Shown one piece after another: positions 14,027 to 26,951 of a stretch of DNA of 64,000 bases (its first letter is position 1; every line of letters begins with the position of its first letter). The DNA comes from Octopus sinensis (lineage: Eukaryota). The stretch is from the NCBI RefSeq assembly GCF_006345805.1, contig NC_042998.1:3658001-3722000 (forward strand), written 5' to 3'. Below the pieces are notes generated by a model that saw only the letters and a program-made list of their open reading frames with translations, had not been told where the DNA came from and searched no databases. The position numbers and the translations under genes were made by a program.

Positions 14027-14110
14027 GTATCCTCGTTATTCCATGACGCCAGTATAGGGAATGCGATCAACATTAAGATGGTCCGGCTGTTGTTACTGGA
14101 AGATGAACAG
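14027..14110 (+). CDS. ADAMTS7/12-like: ADAMTS7/12-like protease, internal exon (start of catalytic domain region: VSSLFHDASIGNAINIKMVRLLLLEDEQ)
   Basis: ttccag acceptor, gtgagt donor, 84 nt phase 0-0; peptide resembles the ADAMTS 'VxxLFHDxSIGNxIxIxxVRLxLLEDE' segment. Confidence 0.93.
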
Positions 14111-14387
14111 GTGAGTTCTGCGATATTCCAACTCTTAAGATGTCGTAATCTACTTTGCTATGATACATGAGAAAATATCTTTTTGATGATAATATTTATG
14201 TTGCTTAGATAATGTACTAATATTAATATGGGTGCTGTAAAGTTGAAAGACATTCACAGTTACACGCACAATTACGCTCACATATGTGTGTGTGTGTGTG
14301 TGTGCTTAAGTATGTAAGGATGATATAGGTATACGAGTGTGTTTGTATGCATATATATATATATATATAATGTAGGTATATATAATG

Positions 14388-14658
14388 AAGGTGGAGGCGT
14401 AATGGCCCAGTGGTTAGGGCAGCGGACTCGCGGTTTCGATTCTCAGAGCGAAAACACCTAAAAGCTCCACGAGGCTCCACCAGGGGGTGGTGGCGACCCC
14501 TGTTGTACTCTTTGGCCACAACTTTCTCTCATTCTCTCTTCCTTGAGTAACGCTGCGATGGACTGGCATCCCGTCCAGCTAGGGCGAACACATACGTCAC
14601 AGAAACCGGGAAACCGGGCCCATGAGCCTGGCTAAGCTTGAAAAGGGCGAAAAAAAAA
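14388..14658 (+). mobile_element. SINE family C copy with A-rich tail
   Basis: tRNA-like head ggaggcgtaatggcccagtggttagggcagcggactcgc. Confidence 0.82.
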
Positions 14659-14664
14659 TCTTTA

Positions 14665-14860
14665 ATGAAGGCAAGTGGCTTAGTGGTTAGGGCATTCGGC
14701 TCACGATCGTAAGGTCGTGAGTTCGATTCCCGGCGGCGCGTTGTGTCCTTGAGCAAGACACTTTATTTCACGTTGCCCCAGTCCACTCGGCTGGCAAAGA
14801 TGAGCAGTACCTGTAATTACAAAGGGACCAACCATGTCACATTCTGTGTCACGCTGACCT
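14665..14860 (+). mobile_element. SINE family E copy (partial)
   Basis: A-box TGGCTTAGTGG, B-box GTTCGATTCC, ccttgagcaagacact central block. Confidence 0.78.
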
Positions 14861-15075
14861 TTTATTTTGTATGAAGACTCTTCACTCCATCCCTGAAACG
14901 TGTTGATAAGTATAAGACTTACTAATTAAATTGTAGCGTTCCTGTCTCTGTTTGTCCTCCTTAAAACACGTGCTCGGCAAACGATTTGCTCTTCACTTTG
15001 GACCAGCGCATGACGATGCTGTTGTGTCGGTAAATATGATGTTTGGGTGAGTCCTCTGTTATTCAATTCATGAAA

Positions 15076-15472
15076 TCTTTATATATGAAAGTAAGGTTGT
15101 GTGCTGTCTGTCTCCTACGATTTAGATTCCTAACTACTCCCACATTTTGCGGTGCAGTTTAACCAAAACCGGGTATCTTATAGTCGTGATTCATATCGAG
15201 CCCTTCAGGGTATTAGCGCGCGTCTACGATGAGTCTACGATTAAAAAAAAAAAATTACCATAAATTTTTCCCATTTTTAATGCATTTTTGGCATATATAA
15301 GGGAAGTAACTCTCTAAAAATTTATCATTAAATCTCAGAACGTAAAAAGCTACAGTAACCCCCCCACTTTGTGGTTAGCCATATTGAGATGGCTATTATA
15401 CTTTACATCTCTAAAAATGCTTATATAGTTATTTCCCTTACAAGCCCGAGCAACGCCGGGCGATACTGCTAG
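15076..15472 (+). mobile_element. non-autonomous Helitron-like element
   Basis: inserted between A and T, 5' TC, subterminal hairpin CCCGAGCAACGCCGGG, 3' CTAG, no TSD. Confidence 0.85.
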
Positions 15473-16095
15473 TAGTATTTATTTGTTTTCTTTCTGTGTC
15501 ATTGACACAGAAGATGACATTAATAAGAACTACCGTTTTTTCGATTAGTTACATTGTTTTTCTTGTCATTTTGTTCATTACCGATATTCTAGCATTATTT
15601 AATATTATATAACTTTGTTTCAAAGGTATGCGCTATAACATACCTTAACATCATTTTAATTATCCAGCCATTGTAGTTTGCATGTTTCTGTCGGAGAGCA
15701 AGTTTATTATGGAAATGAACTGTTTTGTCTTACAGGTATTCATATATGTATTGAATAACGGGTGCGACCAGACAATATTCTTCTTCTTCTTACTCTTGTT
15801 TAGTTAGTTTGTTCTTTTTTGGGGCGTGTAAACCAATTTCTATTGTAAATCAGTTCCTCGTTAGTTCTTCTGGCATGCATCTGTATTGTTTCGTCTGAGA
15901 ATAATAAACGATTATATTAATCCGATGGTGTGAGGCTGTTTGGATCCTATACGGATATACTTTGTCTGGAATGCAGCGGAGTGTGTCGACCAGTTTGATA
16001 TGATGTGGTCATAATCCTGTTTTCTTAGTGGGGTAAGATATTAGCATTTAATCAATGCTGCAATTATGGCCAGCCTATTTTTATTAATGGTACAC

Positions 16096-16482
16096 GGAGT
16101 AGCTGTGTGGTAAGTAGATTGCTTACGAACCACATGGTCTCGGGTTCAGTCCCACTGCGTGGCACCTTGGGCAAGTGTCTTCTACTATAGCCTCGGGCCG
16201 ACCAAAGCCTTGTGAGTGGATTTGGTAGACGGAAACTGAAAGAAGCCCGTCGTATATATATATATATATGTGTGTGTGTGTTTGTCCCCTCAACATCGCT
16301 TGACAACCAATGCTGGTGTGTTTAGGTCCCCGTAACTTAGCGGTTCGGCAAAAGAGACCGATAGAATAAGTATTAGGCTTACAAAGAATAAGTCCTGGGG
16401 TCGATTTGCTCGACTAAAAAACAAAACAAAGGCGGTGCTCCAGCATGGCCACCGTCAAATGACTGAAACAAGTAAAAGAGTA
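16096..16482 (+). mobile_element. SINE family A copy
   Basis: full body and tail. Confidence 0.9.
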
Positions 16483-16809
16483 CTAAAATTATAACTGAAA
16501 ACATATAATCTGCTTCACAAAAAATAAATAAATAAATGAATATTAATGTTTTTTTTTATTTTCAGTTATATAAAGACAATTTTACACTAATCTGATGGGT
16601 TATTCTATAAATTTGTAGAGTACAAGAACTTTGTTGTTCTTTAACAAGAACTTTGTTGACAATTGGCCAGATAAGCTGTCCGAAACCTCTAAGTCATTGT
16701 CAACAACATTCTTGTTTTTAAGAATTATAAAGGGATAGATAGATAAATAGCTAGCTAGCTAGATAGATAGATAGATAAATGAAAATACGAAAGTAGATCT
16801 TATCTTTAG

Positions 16810-17202
16810 ACTCGCAGTATCGCCCGGCGTTACTCGAGTTTGTTTCGACCCTTTAGAATTGGAAATTTTGAAAAGTAAAAATTTTGCATTATGTAGCTTA
16901 TTATTCTCTTTAAGTGAACATTTTCCTGGTTGAAATACACCGAAAAATGGCGACACAGCAGTAAAAAAATCGTAAAAAATAGGGATTTTCATAGAAAAAA
17001 AGCACCTTTTTTATGTAAATAATTTTTGGTGTTAACATGGTCCGATTTGAATTATATCTACTACAGAATGAAGAGCAAGCCTTCTTCTGTCATACTCTCA
17101 ATTTTGGTTGACCTGCGCCGCAGGGTCTCGGAGGAGACAGTGTTAGTTGAAGGCTACCAAAACTGCCATACACAGACAACTTCAGCTTTATATAGAGAGA
17201 GA
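16810..17202 (-). mobile_element. non-autonomous Helitron-like element (related subfamily)
   Basis: same 3' terminus (gcagtatcgcccggcgtt) with degenerate CTAG; TCTCTCTATATAAA start on the minus strand. Confidence 0.7.
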
Positions 17203-17362
17203 TTAAGCAAGGCAGTTACTCTGCTTCTAAAATATCATCAATAGACTCTCTACAGTGAGACTGCTTGTAATGTTATAGTGTGACTGATTCTAACGGATAA
17301 TTTGTATCTCGTTTATAATCTTATTCCAGAGATGTAGGATCACGATAACCCTGGGATTCAGC

Positions 17363-17545
17363 CAGTGGTGTAGCTAGAGTGCGTGCCTCCCTGTGCAGCC
17401 CCTGTATTTGTCGTTCCTATCACTGTAGCTTATACAGCCTATACAAGCTTCTACGACAAACACAGAAGTACGTTTCAAAACATCGTCGGGCGGGGTGGGC
17501 CGCCACCTCACTCCTTGGTCCCTTCATCTCCTATCTACGCTACTG
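17363..17545. mobile_element. hAT-like MITE
   Basis: TIR CAGTGGTGTAGC / ..CTACGCTACTG; imperfect 8-bp TSD GATTCAGC / GATCCAGT. Confidence 0.65.
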
Positions 17546-17826
17546 GATCCAGTGAAATGAATTTTTAATAGCTGATCCTTAAACTTATGCAGCAAACCCC
17601 AAAGTGCTTCTCTTATAAAAGCGTAACCCGGGGTGGGCTGCCACCTCTCTTCTTGGCCCCCTCACTCTTGGCTACTGGATCCAGTGAAATGAATTTTTAA
17701 TAGCTGATCCTTAAACTTATGCAGCAAACCCCAAAGTGCCTCTCTTATAAAAGCGTCACCCGGGGTGGGCCGCCACCTCTCTTCTTGGGCCCCTCACTCT
17801 TGGCTAGTGGATCCAGCGAAATGAAC
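17490..17826. repeat. 132-bp tandem repeat, about 2.5 units
   Basis: gctactggatccagtgaaatg-like motif at 17539, 17671, 17803. Confidence 0.9.
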
Positions 17827-17880
17827 TGATAAAATCTGTTCCATTGATGTTTGATGATTTGTTTTCATTTTCATATGCAG

Positions 17881-18005
17881 GAAGGCCTGAAAATTACTCA
17901 TCATGCTGACCGAAGTCTTCGCAGTTTTTGTCGCTGGCAGCGAAAGATGAACTTCAAGGAAGACAGTCATCCAAATCACCATGATGTGGCAGTTCTTTTG
18001 ACTAG
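17881..18005 (+). CDS. ADAMTS7/12-like: ADAMTS7/12-like exon ([42 protein letters not shown])
   Basis: tatgcag acceptor, gttaat donor, 125 nt phase 0-2; LKITHHAD..SFCxWQ..HHDxAxLLTR motif typical of ADAMTS7/12. Confidence 0.95.
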
Positions 18006-18176
18006 GTTAATCATCCTTTATTTGCATATGTTTACGCTTATGCGCGTTTTCATGTATCGTATCTATGTACGTATGTATGTATGGATGAATACACGCGTGT
18101 ATGTATATGTGTACTTATAATATATGTGTATGTGTCCACATGCGCGTTTGAGAGGGTGTACGAGCGTTTTGTGCGT

Positions 18177-18207
<31 letters not shown>

Positions 18208-18249
18208 ATATATATATATATATGTATGTATGCATACTTACTTGGAAAA

Positions 18250-18640
18250 GGATGCGTGGCGCTCGATCATATAATAATGTAAATAATATATAAATATATG
18301 CATATATACATACATATATGTACATACCTACATATATATGTATATATACATCCATATATTGGTACAGGACATACAAAAAACGTTGAACACAATGAGAAAC
18401 GAAAACATAAAGACAAAAAAGTAGAAACGATATTTTCGAACAACGTAAAACACACACACACACACACACACAGAAGCGAGACATACAACATTCCCCTTCT
18501 TCAGTTGTCCCTGTTTCAACTACTCCACGCGACGAAGGCAAGGACAAGACGCGACTTCATTGAAACAATCCGTCCCGCAAAGCAAATTAAATAAAATTTG
18601 GGATTTTTTGCGGAGGGCGAAAGTGGTAACAGAACAGGAC
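18250..18640. repeat. dispersed TA-associated repeat of unresolved class, homologous to 41480-41830
   Basis: shared blocks ggcgctc..tcat, gtacaggac, gagaaacgaaaac, cccctt.tcag.tgtccct, aattaaataaaatt. Confidence 0.55.
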
Positions 18641-19446
18641 AACCAGCATGTATCTGTTGGCATCTGCTGTGCGTGCCAACACTTTTGAGCTTATAGCTAC
18701 GCAGAGTGGAGTGAAAGGCGAAGAGTTAGGAAAGAAGAAGAGACGAAGGAAGATATGACTACTGAGCAGCTGCACCATTGTTACCTGGAAAAATAAAATT
18801 GTATGCTTATATATAGGAATGGCAGCGTAGTCAAGAAGATCGTTTCACAACCACGTGGTTCTGCGTTAGATCTCACTGCACCCACTTTGGGGAAGTGTCC
18901 TCTTCGGTGGCTTTAGGTTCATCAGTACTGTGTATAAGGAGTTTGTACAAGCCCTTGTGCATAAGTATGTTTGATGAGATACTCCACCACACACCCACAC
19001 ACGCACAGGCCATTATTTGGTTATCTGCGACTTCCGCGAGCGAAATCTCGTTATAACGAGAGCTTAATGCCACAGCAGTTTGACAGTCGAAATCACAAGA
19101 GGGAAACTATTCCTATAGCATGGCTGTTCCCAGAATAAATTTGGACCTGCTTTAGGGAACTACCTCCTTGCTTTATTAGGGAGGCACAAAAGAAGGTAAT
19201 CAGTGACTCTCAATTTGTTTTTGCGTTCTTGAGAGCTTGTTCGTACTACATCGTTCACTTGCGTAGTAAATTCTTAATTACTTAAAGTAATATAATTAAA
19301 AAAGAATGCATCAGTATTCTTATTACCCTGTCACGTCGCGTAAATGTAGTGAAATTGTATACCAAACTACAAGTTATGAGAAAAAAAAGTTCAAGAAGGA
19401 AAAGAAAAAATGTTGTTGCGGAATCATTAGGATTTGCAATATCAAC

Positions 19447-19677
19447 TTCAACCTTTTCATTACTGCATTTATTTTGAGATGCTCTGTGTTTCTTTCAATT
19501 GATTTTAAATATAACAAAGAATTTAGCAAAATAACTTAGTTGTCATTAAGCTATTGTTAGGAACATAAATTGTGACTTAGGTTTGGTGGAAGACTTTAAT
19601 TCAAAAATTATGAAAACAAGACATTTGTACAACAGAGTCAGAGGCTGTTTCAGCCGGGTTGATAACGAAAGGGTTAA
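19447..19677. mobile_element. piggyBac-like MITE
   Basis: 3' end GATAACGAAAGGG-TTAA, degenerate 5' end; homologous to 44231-44591 and 47847-48070. Confidence 0.7.
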
Positions 19678-20309
19678 AGGTCATAATGAACCAATTTGAT
19701 GAAATAAAAAGTTACCGTGAATAATTCAAGTGAGCGTAACGCCTTTAAACTAACACGGAAGCGCAGTAAAATCCTGGTAACCATGGAAGAAATGAAAAGT
19801 GTCTGGGAAGATGATATTTTACAAAGTCACTCGCTATTCCCCAAAGCTATTATTTAAAAAAAAAGGGCATTTTAATTTAAGTAGCTGAAAAAGGAATCTG
19901 AGGAAGTCACTCAACCGTTTGTTGCTTTTCTTGGGCGGCTTGAAGAGTTCAAGAAGTCACTAATCCCCACAGTTTTTGGGGGTATTTGGATTACAGGAAT
20001 CTCAGCAAGTGCCGGCTCCCACCTTACATCGAAATTGAAAGTTATTTTAGAGTGAGGTAAATATAAACTCAGTTTAGTTTCTAATGGAGAGGAATATGGT
20101 CACGTTCTGTGATTTCTATTTTAAAGGAGGGGAAGTATAAAGCATCAAAAATTGACTAACGTTATTGTTAGAAGCAAATGCTACAGAAGATTTCAAGCTT
20201 ACGCTATCGTTTGTGCATCATTCTCTTCTTACTCCAACAGTATTAGAAGGCATCTGCAAATTTAATCTGTTTATTATATGGAAATCTAATCGAAAAGTTT
20301 GTGTACATA

Positions 20310-20822
20310 CCGTAAATCCTCGAGTATAGTCCGCCCTTGAGTATAATACGCAGGGGATTTTTAGGGTCTGTACCTCTGAAAAACCTAAACCTTGAGTATA
20401 ATACGCATCCCTTCTCTAACGTGAGTCAAGGAGGTCTATATAACGTCCTTGGTTTGTAAAACTGTAAATACGGTAACGTCCTTTATTATTATTATATATA
20501 TAACATAATGCAAACGTTTAGCGTTTTTGTGTATTTTGTTTGCAGAAAATAAAGAAATAACAGTAATAACGTTTAATAAATGTTGCTTACTACAAGTTAT
20601 GGATGAGTCTTTTATGACTTCATTGCTTTCTGGCTTAGCTAAAGATATTTTCGCGCCCAACATCACAAAATGCGTCTGAATAAATATTGTCGAACAGCAA
20701 ATAGAGACTCGGACATTGCCTAGAAACTATTTTTCATTTTTAACCTAGTATATAGTACGCACTAGGGATTTCGACCATTAAATTTTTGGAAAAAAATGCG
20801 GATTATACTCGAGGATTTACGG
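20310..20822. mobile_element. Tc1/mariner-superfamily MITE
   Basis: TA TSD, perfect 19-bp TIR CCGTAAATCCTCGAGTATA / TATACTCGAGGATTTACGG. Confidence 0.9.
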
Positions 20823-20987
20823 TAATCATTTACTGAACATTTCTAACCTGCTGTCATTAGGCGTTGCAGTGGGAACCGTAGCAAAGCGGCAAAACGGGTT
20901 CTTAGAAAATCCGTTGTATTATATTTTATTTTTAATTATAATTCGTATTATTTCTAGTCGTTGCTTTCTTCAAATCACTCTTTTCAG

Positions 20988-21137
20988 ACATGATATCTGC
21001 AGCCGAATAGACCGTCCCTGTAATACCTTAGGACTTGCACATCTTTCAGGCATGTGTCAACCTCAGATGTCATGTAACATCAATGAAGATTCTGGATTAG
21101 CTCTTGCATATACCATTGCGCATGAGCTGGGACACAA
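20988..21137 (+). CDS. ADAMTS7/12-like: ADAMTS7/12-like exon ([49 protein letters not shown])
   Basis: ttttcag acceptor, gtaagt donor, 150 nt phase 2-2; contains first half of the HExxHxxGxxHD zinc motif. Confidence 0.97.
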
Positions 21138-21185
21138 GTAAGTTGTGATACTCTTCGATCTAAGTGGGGTTTTCTTTATATTAAA

Positions 21186-21682
21186 CTAGCAGTATCACCC
21201 GGCGTTGCTCGGGTTTGTAAGGGAAATAACTATATAAGCATTTTTAGAGAGTTATAACCAAAAGATAGCAAAAAATGCATTAAAAATGGGAAAAAAATGA
21301 TGGTAAATTTTTTTTTAAATCGTTGACTCATCGTAGACATTTTTAGAGAGTTACTTCCTTTATATAATAGCGAAAAAATGCATTAAAATGGAAAAAAAGA
21401 TGGTAAATTTTTTTTTAAATCGTTGACTCATCGTAGACATTTTTAGAGAGTTACTTTCCTTATATAATAGCGAAAAAAGGCATTAAAATGGAAAAAAATG
21501 ATGGTAATTTTTTATTAATATCGTAGACTCATCGTAGACGCGCGCTAATACCCAGAAGGGCTCGATATGAATCACGACTATAAGATACCCGGTTTTGGTT
21601 AAACTGCACCGCAAAATGTGGGAGTAGTTAGGAATCTAAATCGTAGGAGACAGACACACAACTTCTCTTTTATATATAAAGA
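21186..21682 (-). mobile_element. non-autonomous Helitron-like element with internal ~100-bp triplication
   Basis: A|TC...hairpin...CTAG|T on the minus strand; shares both ends with 15076-15472. Confidence 0.85.
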
Positions 21683-21799
21683 TAAGAAAATAAGTATCTT
21701 GTGATTAATTATAAGTAAGTGGATCTTATAATTTGTTAGATTCTTTTCCTTTAGACAAATAAAGGGTTCCTTTCAGCATCAATGGTTCAGAAAGTGGGT

Positions 21800-23260
21800 T
21801 GTGTAGTTTTGAGTTCAAATTCCACCGAGGTCGACTTTGCTTTTCATGCTTTCGGGGTCACTAAGTTAAGTACCAGTCGAGCATTGGAGTCGATGTTATC
21901 GACTAGCCACATCCCCCCAAAAAATTTCAGGCCTCGTGCCTTTAGTAGAAAGGGTTAATATTATCATTATTAAGGCGGTGAACTGGCAGAATCATTAACA
22001 TGCTGGACGAAATGTTTTTGAGTTCAAATTCCGCTGAGGTCGACTTTGCCTTTCATCCTTTCGGGGTCGATAAATTAAGTACCAGTTACGCACTGGGGTC
22101 GATGTGATCTGCTAGTTCCCTTCCTCCCTCCCTCCAAAGTGCAGGCCTTGTGCCTATAGCAGAAATTATTATTATTATTATTATGCAAAGGTGGTTACAT
22201 GCTAATTTAAGCAGCAGGGATATTATCTTAAAGTTTGTTAACAAGTCTCCTTAAATGTCAAGAATCTTGCAGTTTCGAGATGATATTTTTTTCTGCTGGT
22301 AAACATTCCTTGTCTCGGTTCCAATATACTTCAGCCTCTTGTGTAAAAGAGTTTGGATGTTGTGCTAATTACACCCAATGCATTGCATTATTCATTCTGG
22401 GGCTTTGCATTTCGAGTTTAAACTCTGCTGAGGTCAACTTTGACATTCACCCGATTATTCACCCTATTCCCATCAAAACTGCTGGCATTCTGTCAAAATT
22501 TGAAATGAAAGGCAGTGAGCTAGCAGAACTGTTAGAGCATCGGACAAAATGTTTAGCAGTATTTCTTCTGGGTCTTTACATTCTGAGTTCAAATTCCACT
22601 AGGGTCGACTTTGCCTTTCGGCCTTTCGGGGTAGATAAAATAAGCAGCAGTTGACATAATCGACTTAAACCCTTCCTTGAAATTGCTGCCCTTGTGCCAA
22701 AAATTAGAAATCATTATTATTATTATCATTATTATTATTATTATTATTATTAGCAGTAATAGTAGTAGTAGTTCTAGTAGTATTAAGGCAGTGTGCTGGC
22801 TGAATCGTTTGCATGCCAAGCAAAATGCTTAGTGGCATTTTGTCCATCTTTGCATTCTGAGTTCACATTCCGCTAGGTCGACTTTGCCTTTCATTCTCTT
22901 GTGGCCGATAAATTAAGTATCAGTGAAACACTAGGGCTGATGTAACTGTTTTATCCCCTCCCCAAAATTGCTGGTCTTGTACCAAAATTTAAAACCATTC
23001 TCCTCCTCCTCCTCCTCCTTCTTCTTCTTCTTCTCCTTTTTTCTTCTTAATTTTTGTTATTAATTTTTGCTTTTTAATTGGCAGATTAATTAGAGCGCCG
23101 GAAAAAATACCTTGCGATATTTGTTCTGGCACTTTACTTCTGAGTTCAAATACGACTGAGGTCAGGTTTACATTCCATTCTTTCAAAGTCAATAAAATAA
23201 AGTACCAATCGACTAAACCCCCACCCCTCAAAATTTATAATTTATGCTTAAATCAGAAAC
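21800..23260 (+). mobile_element. cluster of head-to-tail degenerate SINE family D copies separated by (ATT)n tracts
   Basis: repeated ctgagttcaaattcc..gtcgactttgcctttcatcc blocks near 21810, 22020, 22410, 22590, 22860, 23140. Confidence 0.75.
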
Positions 23261-23269
23261 AATTATTAT

Positions 23270-23312
23270 TTGACTGAAGAGATACAATTAGCTCAAAACG
23301 GAAGTGTCTCAA
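23270..23312 (+). ncRNA. degenerate hammerhead-ribozyme-like motif (G12A)
   Basis: TTGA-CTGAAGA-GA(N10)TC-AAAA-CGGAAGTG-TC-TCAA. Confidence 0.4.
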
Positions 23313-23710
23313 GAATCTTGCAGAATATAAGATGGCATTTTTTCTGCAGGTCGACACTACATGTCTCAGTTCCAATATACTTCAGCCTCTTATGTAAAAT
23401 TTTAGATGTTCTGCTCATTACACCCATTCATTGCAATATTTGTTTTGGGGCTTTACATCAATTCATTGAATGTGTTAGATTGTCTGAAAGACAATATTCT
23501 TCAAAGACAAAATGCAACTGTGATTAGTGTGTCTGACAAGACATTAAAAATGAGTGTTTGTCATCGTTTTGATTCTTGCTGTTCTCTATTTGCATGGTAA
23601 TTTATTATCGGTTTTGGTTGACATCAACATGAATCAGCAAATAATTTTTTGCTGAATTATGGAAACAAGAGCCACCAATCTTGTTTACATTAGTTGGTCC
23701 AGAATTAACC

Positions 23711-23753
23711 TTGACTGAAGAGACACAACTAGGCTGAGACACAGGTGTCTCAA
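23711..23753 (+). ncRNA. degenerate hammerhead-ribozyme-like motif (A14G)
   Basis: TTGA-CTGAAGA-GACACAACTAGGCT-GAGA-CACAGGTG-TC-TCAA; homologous to 23270-23312. Confidence 0.45.
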
Positions 23754-23929
23754 AGTCCCTTACATCAATAAATTGGATGTGTATTGAATATATATCATCT
23801 GAAAGGAGGTATTATCTGAAGATGAAATACAGCAATGATTAGCTTACTCATGTTCAAATCTGCTAGAACATATTAAAAATGAATATGTATGCCACTATTT
23901 TGACTCTCACTGTTTTCCATGCACGTAGT

Positions 23930-24385
23930 AATTAATTTGTGAAGACCTGTTGAGGCGAGTGAAATCGGAATCAAAATCAAATTCGATGACTGGCATCCAT
24001 GTTAGTGGAGCACTAAGAGCACCATCCGAGCATGATCGTTGCCAGAGCAGCTAACTGGCGTTTGTGCAAGTGGCACATAAAAAGCACCATTCGAGTGTGA
24101 TTGTTGCCAGTATTGCCTTACTGGCACTTGTGCAGGTGACACGTTAAAAAAAAAAAACACGATTTCCAGGACCGTTGCCAGTACCGCTTGACTGGCCCTT
24201 ATGCCAGTGGTACGTAAAAGCACCCACTACACTCTCAGAGTGGTTGGTGTTAGGAAGGGCATCCAGCTGTAGAAACACTGCCAAATCAAGATTGGAGCCT
24301 GGTGCAGCCATCTGGTTTGCCAGTCCTCAGTCAAATCGTCCAACCCATGCTAGCATGGAAAGCGGACGTTAAACGACGATGATTT
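23930..24385 (+). mobile_element. RTE LINE 3'UTR fragment
   Basis: same 3'UTR and GAT tail as the RTE at 39660-40761. Confidence 0.8.
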
Positions 24386-24743
24386 TCCAATAAAAAGTGT
24401 GTCATGGCTAGCCAAGTTGATTGAGTGTTGTATTTGTAGACTTGCAGGCCATTATACTGTGTATGGTACTATACTGAATACGGCAAAGAGATTTAACATT
24501 ACCTTTAATGATTAAGTTCTCTTAGTCATAAAATCATTACTACGTTCAGTGATACATACGTCATTGTATATATAACCAATAAGCATTATGTTAGTTTGCA
24601 GTTCAGAGCTCAGTAAAACACCCAATAAAAATCCGTCTGTGAAAGGTTGGATATTCTATCTACAATTGAACTGAATTAAAGCAAAATTTTAAAAAAAAGA
24701 AGAAAATTGACGAAAATTGAAATATAAATCTGTTTTGTTTCAG

Positions 24744-24887
24744 CCTTGGAATGAAACATGATGGAGGTCGAAGCAAATGTATTTCATCCGGTGAAAATTC
24801 CTATGTGATGGCACCACAGATGTTTGGTAGCAGTCGGCTTAGAATTTGGTCTCCATGCAGTAAGAAGGCTGTAACCAAGTTCTTTGA
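24744..24887 (+). CDS. ADAMTS7/12-like: ADAMTS7/12-like exon (NLGMKHDGGRSKCISSGENSYVMAPQMFGSSRLRIWSPCSKKAVTKFFD)
   Basis: tttcag acceptor, gtgagt donor, 144 nt phase 2-2; completes the zinc motif, Met-turn (VMAP) and WSPCS motif; not in the ORF track, found by reading. Confidence 0.95.
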
Positions 24888-25844
24888 GTGAGTTACCTTT
24901 CACAGTTATCTGAGAAACAAGTTGTTGTTGTTGATTGTGTTGCTGTTGTTTTTGTTATTGTTGATTTTGTTCCTCAGTTTTTGTAGGCATAAGATCAGAA
25001 AAGCATCTCACCTTTTATTCAGGCCAGGATACATGGAACCATGTCTAGCTTGGTTTACATTATTCAAAGACTTATTTTGAAAAGATGGCTGAGCAACTTT
25101 GAGTCAAATTTGACATCTATTTCTAGCGATCAAGTAGAGAGTCACTCATTGTTTTGTATGAGTGAACATGGGGAAATATATATTGCCTTTCATCCTAACA
25201 GGGTTGATAAAATAATTATCTGTCAAACACTGGGTCAATGTAATAGACTTAGTCCTTTCCCTGAAATAACTGGTCTTGTGCCAAAATTTGAAATCATTAT
25301 TATTATTATGATGATTAAGGCAGAGAGCTGGCAGAATCATTAGCATGCCAGGCAAAATGTTTAGCAGCATTTCATCCATCTTTATGTTCTGAGTTCAAAT
25401 TCCACCAAAGTTGACTTTACCTTTCATCCTTTTGGGGTTAATAAATTAATAAATGGTATAAATTAGTAAATGATGTTGACCCCAGTGTTTTACACTAGGG
25501 TCAATGCCATTGATGATGATATCACTGGTGTTAAGGTGTATGATGTCATGGTTGTAATCATTACTACTGGGTCTTAGGTTCAATTCTCACACCATCTGCC
25601 TTGAGGAGAATGTACTTTATTTCACAGTGATCTCGTACATTCAACTGAAATTGAGTTCCATTGGTTCTTAAGTGTCACATTACTGATATAGTGTCCATTG
25701 CCCCAACCCTTGTTGGCACAATTATCCTGCTTATTGTTTTATTGTTGGTTTTGTTATATTTTTGTTGTTTGCCTTTGTGGCTTCCTTAAAAATATATTCC
25801 TTATTTATAAATCTTAATCTATTTTATTCCATTCTATTCACCAG

Positions 25845-25989
25845 TCGTGACAGAGGTTACTGCTTGAATGATGAGTCAACTGTCTTTGATTACGTCTTCC
25901 CATTCTTACCTCCTGGCACCATGTACAATGCTGATCATCAGTGCCGACTGCAGTATGGTCCCGAAGCTAAAGTCTGTGATTCAGTTTCT
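25845..25989 (+). CDS. ADAMTS7/12-like: ADAMTS7/12-like exon (RDRGYCLNDESTVFDYVFPFLPPGTMYNADHQCRLQYGPEAKVCDSVS)
   Basis: caccag acceptor, gtaaga donor, 145 nt phase 2-0; PPGxxYxxxHQCRLQYG start of the disintegrin-like domain. Confidence 0.95.
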
Positions 25990-26951
25990 GTAAGAAAAAT
26001 TCTTCCTTTTATCTGTTTTAGATTCTTGCTCAAAGAGAAAAGAAAGGAAAGATGAATGAGTAATAAAGTCCTCATCAAACTTTGGTTATTGGAGACTGTT
26101 TCAACCATGATTTAAATTTTGGTATTGATTTAATTAAATAAACATAGCGAATGAGACAGAATACTTGCAGTGTGATAAAATGAAAAATATAGTTCTCTAT
26201 AATAAAATTATAGTTAATTGGAAAATATATTGAAGTTAATTGGCAATTAGTTTGATTGATTCTTGTGTCTGACCTGAACATCAACAACAAGAAGATATTA
26301 ATATGCTTTTGAAATAAGATTGTTATTTGTTGTCAGACTTAATTTTAAAGTTAGTCAAGGTAGGCCTTTACGAGCCCACTCTGAGGGGTGAAATTAATGT
26401 GCTGTTAGAGGCATAGCCACATTCTAAATTTCAGGGGAGCGACCACATAAAAGAAAAAAGAAAAAGACACTGTATCCCGCACCAAGCAAATTTTAACTCA
26501 TTTTTCTTATATCACTTGAAACATTTAATTAGTTATAATTTGCATGATTGTATTCTACATTCACTAATTTCATGTTTCGGTAACAATGTCATTATGTATG
26601 AAACCTACAACTACTGATATAGGTTTGACAGGAAAAAGATGAAACTCCGTGGCATTGTTTAATGTTAAGAGGTTGTGATGTCAGGGTTTGTTTTGGTCCT
26701 TTAGATGCCAGCAACAGCCAACACATCACAGGAGATTGAACAGACAGTTAAAAAATACAAGAGGTTGGTCACATAAAGTAATGACCCCAGAAAGTTCTTC
26801 TAAGGTCATATGATTAACCAAAGAGGAAAAGAGATTTGACTTATATTGTACAAATGACCTAAAGAGTTCAAACAAAAATTATTGAAAAGGTGCCAATTTT
26901 GAAAAATGTGCTCAGTGGGAGCAGTTGCTCCCCTTGCTCCCTTATTAATTA

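Noticed and set aside
18490-18560. CTGAAGA/CTGATAA and GAAA motifs in the 18250 and 41480 repeat family
   Set aside because: No consistent stem I/II/III arrangement could be built on either strand.
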